Notes under the pieces: model-generated
Databases searched by the model: none
The model's input: only the letters and a program-made list of their open reading frames with translations
What the model was told of the DNA's origin: nothing
Part shown: piece after piece, positions 8,525 to 16,549 of the stretch
Position numbering within the stretch: position 1 is the first letter of the stretch
Layout: each line of letters starts with the position of its first letter
Origin: a virus
Reading direction: 5' to 3' (one strand)
Length of the DNA: 36,626 bases
Virus record (IMG/VR): IMGVR_UViG_3300020037_000280
Location: 1 to 36,626 of that record
Program-made: the position numbers and the translations under genes

Positions 8525-8742
8525 AACGATTTACAAAACAAAAACTTATTATTGATTTGTTAAGTCACGCAGAAATGATTAACAAAGCCCATAAATTTAA
8601 TAGCAACGGTCTTTCGCAAGTATGGCCAGTTGGGGCAACAGAAAAAGAAAAACGAATTATTGAAAAAGCGTATCAATATGGTCGCTGGACAGCGGCAAAT
8701 GATTTTGCATCGTGGGTTGTAAACGGGGACTTTGGAGCATGA
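8521..8742 (+). CDS. Hypothetical protein (73 aa)
   Basis: ATGA overlap with the upstream stop. Confidence 0.6.
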   Translation: MKRFTKQKLIIDLLSHAEMINKAHKFNSNGLSQVWPVGATEKEKRIIEKAYQYGRWTAANDFASWVVNGDFGA

Positions 8743-8796
8743 AAACACTAAGCCCCTCCGAACTTTGGTACATCGACCACGACCATGAACTACTAA

Positions 8797-9000
8797 ATGA
8801 CCGAGCAAGAAATCAACCGTCTAGCCTATCAATTCAACAAACAGAACTACATCAACATGATAGTCAAACAATACAAGACAGACCCCAAAGAAGCCCGTAT
8901 AGCTTGCAGGTGGTGGATGGACAATCATCCATTAGTTTTGGCAGACCTAGGTAAGCTGGTGAAGCGTGAATTAGATAAACAAAGTCAAAGATGGACTTGA
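8797..9000 (+). CDS. Hypothetical protein (67 aa)
   Basis: Helical-looking ORF whose stop overlaps the start of the kinase-like gene. It competes with the overlapping 8739..8954 frame (see rejected items). Confidence 0.55.
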   Translation: MTEQEINRLAYQFNKQNYINMIVKQYKTDPKEARIACRWWMDNHPLVLADLGKLVKRELDKQSQRWT

Positions 9001-9452
9001 TAGTGAACAATTTTGAATTAAACGACATAGTTCAGCTAGAGGCGCTGAATCTGCTATGCGACGAAAAGCTAGGAGAAGGCAGCATGAGAACCGTTTTTAG
9101 ACATGCCTTTGACCCAAAGCTAGTTGTAAAAATTGCAAAATCAAGTGACGGCGTTAAAGCAAACTGGGAAGAGTTTTCGACATGGGAATCGGTGGAATTT
9201 ACAAAACTAAACTCATGGTTCGCCAGAGTTCATTCTGTGGGCGACTACGGAACAATATTGATTCAAGAGTGGATACCAAACATACCAGCTGGCAAATACA
9301 AAATACCATCATTTTTCACTGATTTGAAGCCTGAAAATTATGGGCTGGTTGTAGGTACTAAAAGTTCGCAAGTTGTTTGCAGAGACTACGGTATGCATTT
9401 GCTTAGAGAAAAAGGCATGAAATTATCGCTGGTAAATTACAATGTGACGTGA
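8991..9452 (+). CDS. Minimal protein-kinase-like protein (153 aa)
   Basis: The core ePK motifs appear in the correct order: G-loop LGEGSMRTVF, VAIK-like VVKIAK, catalytic-loop TDLKPENYG and DFG-like RDYG. The C-lobe is essentially absent. Confidence 0.6.
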   Translation: MDLIVNNFELNDIVQLEALNLLCDEKLGEGSMRTVFRHAFDPKLVVKIAKSSDGVKANWEEFSTWESVEFTKLNSWFARVHSVGDYGTILIQEWIPNIPAGKYKIPSFFTDLKPENYGLVVGTKSSQVVCRDYGMHLLREKGMKLSLVNYNVT

Positions 9453-9466
9453 ACTAGATAAAGCAA

Positions 9467-9919
9467 ATGACTGAAACCTACAAAACCACGATATACGAGG
9501 CAGTACAAGGCCACAAAGCCTTGCGAGAGGCTTGGAATTGGGTAAAGCCTATGGTCATTGCAGGACACCGCTTAAACGTGGTAATCAAGCCTGAAAGCAA
9601 AACCCGTGAGCAAGAGGAAAAGTATCACGCCATGATAGGCGAAGTGGCAGAACAAGCACAGCATTTAGGCTCATCGTGGCAAGCTGAAGATTGGAAGCGA
9701 TTATTGCTTGACAAGTTTGCACGGGAAACAGGCAGAACACATGGGAAAGTCATACCAAACTTAGACAAAACGGGCGTGGTGGAAGTGGGTATTTTGTCGC
9801 GCAAATTCAACAAAGTAGACGGCGCTGAATTTATTGAATGGCTCTACGCATGGGGAATTGAGAACGGTGTGACTTACAAAGATGGTGCTACAGAGCGCGA
9901 CGAAAGGTTGGCTGCGTGA
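9467..9919 (+). CDS. ninB: NinB/Orf-family recombination protein
   Basis: Size, position before ninG, and the pattern KPESKTREQEEKYHAMIGEVAEQ...WQAEDWKRLLLDKF are typical of NinB. Confidence 0.7.
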   Translation: MTETYKTTIYEAVQGHKALREAWNWVKPMVIAGHRLNVVIKPESKTREQEEKYHAMIGEVAEQAQHLGSSWQAEDWKRLLLDKFARETGRTHGKVIPNLDKTGVVEVGILSRKFNKVDGAEFIEWLYAWGIENGVTYKDGATERDERLAA

Positions 9920-10494
9920 ACCAAATCAGCCCAAATAAAACCTACAAATGCCGTATCTGCAAAGCGCCATTTGTAAAATCACGACCTATGCAAAGCATCT
10001 GTGGTGATACCAAGTGCATTGTAGAGACTGTCTACCGTTCACAAGCCAAACGTGAGCGCACAGAACGCGCCACAACGAAACAAAAACTAGCGGCAATAGC
10101 AACTAAGCCAGAGCTAACAAAACTGGCTCAAAAAGCCTTTAACGATTACATCAGAGCGCGGGACTATGGAAAGCCGTGCATTTGTTGTGGGAATCCTATC
10201 CCTTGGGGAACAACAAAAACGACAGGCGGCGTTTGTGACGCAGGGCATTACCTAAGCATTGGGGCGCGAGTAAATCTGCGCTTTGATGAAAGCAATGTCC
10301 ATGCTCAACTAAAAAGCTGTAACAACTACAAAGCTGGTAACGCTGTCAATTACCGCATAAACCTGATTAAACGCATAGGACTTGAAAGAGTAGATGCGCT
10401 TGAATCTGACCATGAATTGAAGCATTGGACGAAAGACCAATTACGGGACATTGCCACGAAATACAAACAAATGATAAAGGAGTTAAAGAAATGA
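9916..10494 (+). CDS. ninG: NinG/Rap-family recombination endonuclease
   Basis: N-terminal CRICKAPF...CGDTKC zinc cluster, AFNDYIRARD, CICCG, DAGHY...RFDESNVHAQLKSCN and N-Y-R motifs as in lambda NinG. Confidence 0.85.
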   Translation: MNQISPNKTYKCRICKAPFVKSRPMQSICGDTKCIVETVYRSQAKRERTERATTKQKLAAIATKPELTKLAQKAFNDYIRARDYGKPCICCGNPIPWGTTKTTGGVCDAGHYLSIGARVNLRFDESNVHAQLKSCNNYKAGNAVNYRINLIKRIGLERVDALESDHELKHWTKDQLRDIATKYKQMIKELKK

Positions 10495-11117
10495 GATTCA
10501 AAAAAGAAGGAAAAATGATCCGCGTATTTAGCAATGACTATGAAATTGCTTACACAATAATTGGCATTTGCGGGTTACAGGTAGAAATTGAATTCCCCTC
10601 TGATTGGCACGAAAACCGCAGGGCATGGGTAAGGCTTGGCTTCGGTTTTGGAAAGTTGTGCTTTTCTTTTCCTTGGTCAAAAGCAGTGCCTGATGAGCAC
10701 CAATGCTCTGGCCCAACATACGGCTTTCAGTTTTACGAAGACCTCTTTTGGCTTAAATACGGCAAAAACAAAGGAACAAGAAACGACCCAAGAATTGCCA
10801 TATCAATGCCTTGGGCGTGGAAGCATAAAGAGCATAAGGTATTAACCACACCAGAAGAACACCCGTACACATACACACTGCGCTCTGGTGAAGTGCAACA
10901 TCGTACAGCCGTTATCAAAGCTGAAACACGCGAGTGGACGCGGTATTGGTTGCCTTTCAGATTAGTGAAAAAAACGATTGACATCACGTTTTCTGATGAG
11001 GTTGGAGAGCGCTCAGGCTCATGGAAGGGTGGCGTTATTGGCTGCGGGTATGAAATGAAGCCAAACGAAACACCGCTTCAAACACTGCGCCGCATGGAAA
11101 TAGAGAGGACGTTTTAA
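10491..11117 (+). CDS. Hypothetical protein (208 aa)
   Basis: The ATG at 10491 overlaps the ninG stop (ATGA). The upstream extension in the ORF track lies inside ninG. Trp/Cys-rich; no domain recognised. Confidence 0.65.
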   Translation: MRFKKEGKMIRVFSNDYEIAYTIIGICGLQVEIEFPSDWHENRRAWVRLGFGFGKLCFSFPWSKAVPDEHQCSGPTYGFQFYEDLFWLKYGKNKGTRNDPRIAISMPWAWKHKEHKVLTTPEEHPYTYTLRSGEVQHRTAVIKAETREWTRYWLPFRLVKKTIDITFSDEVGERSGSWKGGVIGCGYEMKPNETPLQTLRRMEIERTF

Positions 11118-11326
11118 TGAACCTCTACACCACCAAAGAAAAACTACTAGCCATCCAACTACTAGGAATGGCTAAACAAAGCGTAGCCCAATACGCGAAC
11201 CCATGTGACCGTGAAGCAGGTGTAGAAGCCGTCCTGACATTGGCTGCTGAATATGCCAGAACGGGTGCTGATTTGATGGTTCTACAAGTATTGGAGTACC
11301 CCGATACAGCGAGGGCTAACAAATGA
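11117..11326 (+). CDS. Hypothetical protein (69 aa)
   Basis: TAATG-coupled ORF. Confidence 0.6.
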   Translation: MNLYTTKEKLLAIQLLGMAKQSVAQYANPCDREAGVEAVLTLAAEYARTGADLMVLQVLEYPDTARANK

Positions 11327-11541
11327 CACGTCAACGAATAGTCAAAGAAAAGCCCGTGCCACTTGAAGTCAGCAAAGCACAGTTGATCGAAGTCATCAAA
11401 AAGCAACCAGGAATCAAGCCTAAAGCAGCTGCGCGGATATTGGGTTGGACAGAACGAAAGATAGCGAGCGTGATGACAAAAGCAAAAGATGAGTTTGTGT
11501 GTGGGTTAGTTTTATTAACAAAAGGCAAGCCAAATAGCTGA
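11323..11541 (+). CDS. Small HTH-like protein (72 aa)
   Basis: ATGA-coupled. KAAARILGWTERKIASVMTKA resembles an HTH. Confidence 0.55.
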   Translation: MTRQRIVKEKPVPLEVSKAQLIEVIKKQPGIKPKAAARILGWTERKIASVMTKAKDEFVCGLVLLTKGKPNS

Positions 11542-11550
11542 AAGGCAACG

Positions 11551-11946
11551 ATGCTAGACCAAAAGAGCATGATTGATGACCTACTAGCCGACTGGCACAT
11601 ATACGCCAGTAGAACCGCTATTGTTTCGATGCCAGGGAAATGTGCGATGTTTTCACAATCTCAAAGCCCTAGGCATTGGGACACCACAGGCGATATTGAC
11701 GATGCTCATATTCATCAATCCACAATGGCTGCGCTAGACTTCGCTATCCTAGGCGATACACGCGGTCAAGGTGGATTAGATGAACCTTACAGAGCTGCGG
11801 TAACATGCTATGCTCGGAATTTGGTCGCAAAAGTAAGTGTTTGGAGCAATCCAAGACTACCTACAGACCAGATGAAACGGATAGAAGTAACCAATCATGC
11901 GTTAGAGATGTTGGCGAAGAAATTAAAGAGTGCGGGGGTGTTATGA
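11551..11946 (+). CDS. Possible Q-type late antiterminator (131 aa)
   Basis: Lies just upstream of the late promoter and terminated leader. LLADWHIYASR is weakly reminiscent of the phage-82-type Q N-terminus (LERWGAWA). The function is inference only. Confidence 0.35.
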   Translation: MLDQKSMIDDLLADWHIYASRTAIVSMPGKCAMFSQSQSPRHWDTTGDIDDAHIHQSTMAALDFAILGDTRGQGGLDEPYRAAVTCYARNLVAKVSVWSNPRLPTDQMKRIEVTNHALEMLAKKLKSAGVL

Positions 11947-12137
11947 CAGACAAAGAAGAATATCTACACCAGATGATTAGATTATTGCAAGAGGAGCACG
12001 CCAAACAATTGCAGCCGTACTATGAGCAATTGGCAAAAATACGAGCGATGGAAATTAAGCCAAGGTGCTATATACCAACTGAGGATATTCTAGCAGCAAG
12101 GCTAAGAAAGTTGCTAGGTAACACAAAGGGTTTATAG
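11943..12137 (+). CDS. Hypothetical protein (64 aa)
   Basis: The ATG at 11943 overlaps the upstream stop (ATGA). The longer track ORF (11805) lies inside the previous gene. Confidence 0.55.
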   Translation: MTDKEEYLHQMIRLLQEEHAKQLQPYYEQLAKIRAMEIKPRCYIPTEDILAARLRKLLGNTKGL

Positions 12138-12154
12138 AGAATAATCTTTAACAC

Positions 12155-12183
12155 TTGACGCACGTCAAGAAAAAGTTTACGAT
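12155..12183 (+). promoter_or_regulatory. Candidate late promoter TTGACG-17-TACGAT with the -35 inside a 7+7 palindrome
   Basis: ttgacg 12155-12160, a 17-nt spacer, tacgat 12178-12183. The palindrome cttgacg-ca-cgtcaag spans 12154-12169. Confidence 0.55.
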
Positions 12184-12219
12184 GCGTTTCAAGGGCATAA
12201 CTGCCTCTATACTTTTTGA

Positions 12220-12255
12220 AGCCTGCTACTAACCCTAGCGGGCTTTTTCGTTTTT
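12220..12255 (+). terminator. Intrinsic terminator about 60 nt downstream of the late promoter (tR'-like)
   Basis: agcctgcta / tagcgggct stem (9 bp, one G-U), a 7-nt loop, then tttttcgttttt. Confidence 0.7.
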
Positions 12256-12609
12256 GCAATTAAAGCAAATCCTCTACCAGACGAATATGCAGCTTTGTCC
12301 TGCTGGTAGTTGTAAGGAGTGACAAGCGTGGGACTGGCGAACCCTTTAGCAATCAATCAGCCTAAAGCACCACTAAGTAGCCTCAGATCGGAGCTATCGA
12401 GCATGGTAAAAGCGGGGTTTAGCGAAGAAATGCCTAGACTTGGCTCATGCGGCATACATCGGGCTTAATCGCGTCCGTAATGGAGCTGGAAAGCGTAACC
12501 AGCACAAATTTAACAGTTCTAGCGGTCAATTCACAATCATTGCATAAACCTTACGCAACGAATTGCACCGCAGATTCATCACCGCCATGGTTGACATAGC
12601 GCAACCTTT

Positions 12610-12630
12610 GCCACTTCGGTGGCTTTTTTA
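12610..12630 (+). terminator. Short hairpin with UUCG tetraloop plus a T-run just upstream of terS
   Basis: gccac-ttcg-gtggc followed by tttttt (12624-12629). Confidence 0.45.
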
Positions 12631-12642
12631 TTTGAAAGTCTT

Positions 12643-13041
12643 ATGAAACTAACAGTTAAGCAAGAGGCTTTCTGTCTAGCCTACATAGAGACAGGAAATG
12701 CAAGCGAAGCATACAGGCGATCCTATGACGTGCAGGATATGAAGCCTGAGAGCATTAACCGTAAAGCAAAAGAGTTAATAGACAACGGCAAGATTACGGC
12801 AAGGGTTGCAGAATTACAACAGTCCTTAGTAAAACGCCATGAAGTAACAGTAGATAGCCTAATGCTAGAGCTTGAAGAGGCTCGTATGGCTGCAATGGGA
12901 GCATCAAACCCACAAAGCGCGGCTGCTGTAGCTGCAACGATGGGTAAGGCTAAATTGGCTGGCCTGCTGGTTGACAGAGTAGGCAACCCTGATGGCACTC
13001 CAATGGATATGAGCGTAAAGGTATCGTTCGTTAAGCCATGA
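12643..13041 (+). CDS. terS: Terminase small subunit (Terminase_2-like)
   Basis: MKLTVKQEAFCLAYIETGNASEAYRRSY is the typical N-terminal HTH of this TerS family. The ATG at 12643 is preferred over the upstream GTG, which lies in the hairpin. Confidence 0.85.
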   Translation: MKLTVKQEAFCLAYIETGNASEAYRRSYDVQDMKPESINRKAKELIDNGKITARVAELQQSLVKRHEVTVDSLMLELEEARMAAMGASNPQSAAAVAATMGKAKLAGLLVDRVGNPDGTPMDMSVKVSFVKP

Positions 13042-14306
13042 ACGTTGAATTCCCTGAAAAGCTAAAGTTCTTGTTTCAACCTAAGCGGTACAAGATAGCT
13101 AAAGGTGGGCGCGGTAGTGGCAAGAGTTGGAGTTTCGCTAGGGCTTTGTTGATACAAGGCGCTGAAAAGAAGCTACGCATCTTGTGTACTCGTGAAGTTC
13201 AGAAGTCAATTAAAGACTCCGTGCATAAACTATTAGCCGACCAGATACAAAGTTTGGGTTTCGGTGGGTTTTATGAGGTATTAGAGAATGAAATTAGAGG
13301 AAAGAACGGCACAGTTTTTACCTTCGCAGGCTTGGCTACCCATACGATTGAATCAATCAAGTCTTATGAAGGCGTGGATCGGGTTTGGGTGGAAGAGGGT
13401 CAAGTAGTAAGAAAACGTAGTTGGGACGTATTGATTCCAACGATTAGAAAGCCTGATAGCGAGATATGGGTTAGCTACAACCCCGCGCTAGAGACAGACG
13501 AAACTCACCAAAGATTCGCAGCAAATGGCGGCGATGATTGCATTGTTGTTGACATGAACTACAACGACAACCCTTGGTTTCCTGAAGTGCTAGAAGACGA
13601 ACGTCAAAAAGCAAAAATCAGGATGCCAAAAGCTGAGTATGAGAACATTTGGGAGGGCAAATGTATGCCTGCTGTAGCTGGTGCTATTTACTTCAATGAA
13701 GTGGCCAAGGCAGAAGATGATGGCAGGATTACGAATGTCCCACATGACCCGATGCAAAAGGTTCATGTAGTCTTTGATTTGGGTTGGAATGACGCAATGG
13801 CGATTAGCTTGGTACAAAAGAGCCTATCAGCAATTGCAGTTATCGAGTACATAGAAGACAACTACAAAACACTGGATTACTACTCTGCACTGCTTAAAGA
13901 AAAGCGGTACAACTGGGGCAAGGTTTGGCTACCACACGACGGCAGGCACAAAGACTTTAAGACTGGCAAGAGCGCAGAAGACATTATGAAGGCTCTGAAT
14001 TGGGACGTAGCAATTACCCCGAATATAAGTGTAGAAGATGGGATTAGACAAACCCGCATGGAGTTTGGTAAGTTCTATTTTGACAAGAAAAAGACCGACA
14101 GGCTGGTGCAGTGTGCAAAGCGTTACAGACGGTCAATTAACCAACAAACCAACGAGGCAGGAGCGCCATTCCACGATGAATGGTCGCATGGTGCTGACAA
14201 CCTGAGATACATAGCGATTAACGCTGAAAAAATGAGTAACGATGATTATGGGTCTATGCGCCCACTGGCTGAATTACAACCAAACGAAGACGGAATATAT
14301 TTCTAA
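13038..14306 (+). CDS. terL: Terminase large subunit (PBSX/Terminase_3-like)
   Basis: Walker A KGGRGSGKS, Walker B-like RVWVEE and a C-terminal nuclease region. ATGA-coupled to terS. Confidence 0.9.
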   Translation: MNVEFPEKLKFLFQPKRYKIAKGGRGSGKSWSFARALLIQGAEKKLRILCTREVQKSIKDSVHKLLADQIQSLGFGGFYEVLENEIRGKNGTVFTFAGLATHTIESIKSYEGVDRVWVEEGQVVRKRSWDVLIPTIRKPDSEIWVSYNPALETDETHQRFAANGGDDCIVVDMNYNDNPWFPEVLEDERQKAKIRMPKAEYENIWEGKCMPAVAGAIYFNEVAKAEDDGRITNVPHDPMQKVHVVFDLGWNDAMAISLVQKSLSAIAVIEYIEDNYKTLDYYSALLKEKRYNWGKVWLPHDGRHKDFKTGKSAEDIMKALNWDVAITPNISVEDGIRQTRMEFGKFYFDKKKTDRLVQCAKRYRRSINQQTNEAGAPFHDEWSHGADNLRYIAINAEKMSNDDYGSMRPLAELQPNEDGIYF

Positions 14307-16549
14307 TGACTGAAACAACCCAAGAGCAAACAGGATTAGCATCACTGCTAGAAGACCGTTTAACTACTTGGGAAAAAGCACGCCTGCCACAAACTGAAAA
14401 GCTACTGGATTGCTATCAAGATGTGATGCGTATTCCCCGCGAAGATGACACAGCAGGCTCTGGCGCGGCAAGGGCTAAGAAAGCTAAAGGGCTATTCATT
14501 GGCTCAACCCGTAACAAGGTACGAGCTGCAAGGGCTAAGATTGTGGATGCCTTGCTTGGTGCAGGCAAGATGCCGTTTGACACGACACCGACTAACGAAG
14601 AATTAGCGCCTTTTGCTGATGTGGTAGAGGATATTCTTAAAGAGCAATTAGAGCGCGGACAATACAAAACTCTGCTTAGATCAGGCGTAAACACGCTGGC
14701 AACCTATGGAACTGGCTACACAGTCGGGCCATTGGTGCGCAAAGAAAAGATAGTCGAAGCAAGAGTAGAAAAAGCTGGTTTAAGCACGCAATTGGTTGAA
14801 TCTGTCTATGAATATGACCTGCCTTATTTTGAATTGTGCAACACCTTGGACTTCGTGCCAGATGCAGAGGCGCGGTCTATTGAAAAAGGTTTGGGCGGGT
14901 TTTGGGTAACGATGGAAAGTCGCCACACTGTCAAGGCGTGGGCTTCAGATAAGAGCTATAAGAACATCGAAACAGCCTTAATCGGGTGCAACGACAATGC
15001 CAATGAAAACGGCTCTGAACGTGCATCACAAATGCGAGCCAATGTTGATTATTGGTACAAGAATGACCGTATCAAAGTAGCTAGATTCTTTGGTAAAGTG
15101 CCAAAACGCTTGCTAGATGGTGCAAAACCAACAGAAGGCGAACAAGAAGACGGCGAAATGGTAGATGCTGTGGTAATCATGGCTGGTGGCGTAGTTGTTA
15201 AAGAAAGTGCCAGCCCTTACAAGAAAACACCCGTTCAACGCTGCGTATATGAAGCAGTAGAGGATGAAATGGACGGTGTAGGCGTAGCTGAAAACAACGC
15301 ACCACACCAAAAAGTAACCAATGCTGCTTTCCGCTTATTCATGGAAGGCAAGGGGCTTGCATTGTTGGGGACTAAGAGCGTAGACCGTTCTAAGTTTTTG
15401 CCAACAGAAGATTTTAAGAAGTTCCCCGGCAAAACCTACCAATTCAAACCGGGTTTATCACCAGACGAACGCAAAGACGCGATCATTAACCACACTGAAC
15501 CAGATATTACAGGTGGTTGGATTGATGTAATCCGAATGTCTGAGAACTTCAGCGATGATGACACAGGCATTACCAAGTACACCCAAGGCGATGATTCTAG
15601 CAACCTGAACAAGACAGCTAGCGGAATCAGTATGATTATGTCGGCATCATCATTGCCAATCAAAGAGGTTATCCAAAACATTGATTCGATGTGGATTGAG
15701 GAGCATATAGAGCTGCTTTTAGATTGGGATTTGAAGTATTTAGAGCCTGAAACCGTAGAGAAGATTCACGGTAAAGAACATGCTGAAAAGTGGGCGCAAA
15801 TCAAGGAATTTGGCAAGACTTCATTCATGGATTGGCAGGCTACAGGCACGTCAAGTTTCATGCAAAAAGAGATTTTGACCAATAAAATTAGAGCCTTTGC
15901 TGATTTTGCGTTAAGCAACCCAATGACAGCGCAAAAGATTGACGTTACTGAGATATTGCAGCAAACATGGGACGTAATGGAAATCGGGCGCGAATCGCCC
16001 ATCTTGAAAGACGATAAAGGCGGTATTCCACCTGAAATGCAACAAATGCAAGAGCAAATGAAGCAACAAATGCAGGCGATGGGTACAGCTTTGGAAAATG
16101 CGTCTAAACAAGTGGACGAACTAGAAGCAAAACTAGCTGACAAAGCAAAAGATACCGAGATTAAAGCGTTTGAAGCAGAGACAAAACGCCTACAAGCCAC
16201 ACAAACAACAGACCCTAACGCAATTGACCCAACTGCAATAAGGGTAGCTGAAATCAACGCACGATCTGCTGAAAAGATTGCACTGATTAACAAAGTAAGC
16301 CAAGGCACAGCAGAAACACCAGAGTTTGCAGAAAACGAAGAAACAGGCGAAATCGAGGAAAAACCAAGCCAAACGCAAGTAATGCTAGGCGCATTGGTTG
16401 AAAGCAATCAACAAGTAATGCAAGCAATCGGGGCTATGGCAGAAGCTGTAAGCGCGGTAGCAATCTCAACAAGCAAGCCAAATAACGCACAAATCGTGAT
16501 TCAGAAACAAGCTGACGGTACGTTTGTTGGACAAAGGATTGAACAATGA
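14306..16549 (+). CDS. Portal protein (747 aa) with a long C-terminal coiled coil
   Basis: Size and position after terL. The C-terminal helical EMQQMQEQMKQQMQAM...ELEAKLADKAK region recalls the P22 gp1 barrel. Confidence 0.8.
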   Translation: MTETTQEQTGLASLLEDRLTTWEKARLPQTEKLLDCYQDVMRIPREDDTAGSGAARAKKAKGLFIGSTRNKVRAARAKIVDALLGAGKMPFDTTPTNEELAPFADVVEDILKEQLERGQYKTLLRSGVNTLATYGTGYTVGPLVRKEKIVEARVEKAGLSTQLVESVYEYDLPYFELCNTLDFVPDAEARSIEKGLGGFWVTMESRHTVKAWASDKSYKNIETALIGCNDNANENGSERASQMRANVDYWYKNDRIKVARFFGKVPKRLLDGAKPTEGEQEDGEMVDAVVIMAGGVVVKESASPYKKTPVQRCVYEAVEDEMDGVGVAENNAPHQKVTNAAFRLFMEGKGLALLGTKSVDRSKFLPTEDFKKFPGKTYQFKPGLSPDERKDAIINHTEPDITGGWIDVIRMSENFSDDDTGITKYTQGDDSSNLNKTASGISMIMSASSLPIKEVIQNIDSMWIEEHIELLLDWDLKYLEPETVEKIHGKEHAEKWAQIKEFGKTSFMDWQATGTSSFMQKEILTNKIRAFADFALSNPMTAQKIDVTEILQQTWDVMEIGRESPILKDDKGGIPPEMQQMQEQMKQQMQAMGTALENASKQVDELEAKLADKAKDTEIKAFEAETKRLQATQTTDPNAIDPTAIRVAEINARSAEKIALINKVSQGTAETPEFAENEETGEIEEKPSQTQVMLGALVESNQQVMQAIGAMAEAVSAVAISTSKPNNAQIVIQKQADGTFVGQRIEQ

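Noticed and set aside
8739-8954. Alternative ORF (frame of the 8712..8954 track entry) whose ATG at 8739 overlaps the upstream stop as ATGA.
   Set aside because: Beyond its first ~20 residues it is Gln/Ser/Pro-rich low complexity and overlaps 8797..9000 by 158 nt. The 8797 ORF looks more protein-like and is coupled to the next gene. The alternative is not fully excluded, and a sequencing frameshift joining the two frames is also possible.
11117-11541. A small acidic ORF followed by a small HTH ORF, which is superficially an Acr-Aca-like pair.
   Set aside because: There is no dedicated promoter and no recognisable Aca or Acr motif. Both genes are simply coupled members of the nin-like operon. 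The idea rests on gene size and order only.
12256-12609. The long non-coding spacers here and at 35145..36064 were checked for tRNA/tmRNA-like features (T-loop GGTTCGAAT, acceptor stems) and for CRISPR-like regularly spaced repeats.
   Set aside because: No T-loop consensus, cloverleaf or regularly spaced repeats of 24 nt or longer were seen by eye. A tRNAscan or Infernal run would be needed for certainty.
15766-16407. 213-aa minus-strand ORF inside the portal gene. Similar long antisense ORFs occur at 26315..26893, 22505..22909, 16434..16841, 26860..27201, 18713..19060 and 19341..19715.
   Set aside because: All lie fully antisense to strongly supported, translationally coupled late genes. 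They have Cys/Ser/Ala-rich low-complexity translations and lack SD sequences. These are typical shadow ORFs.
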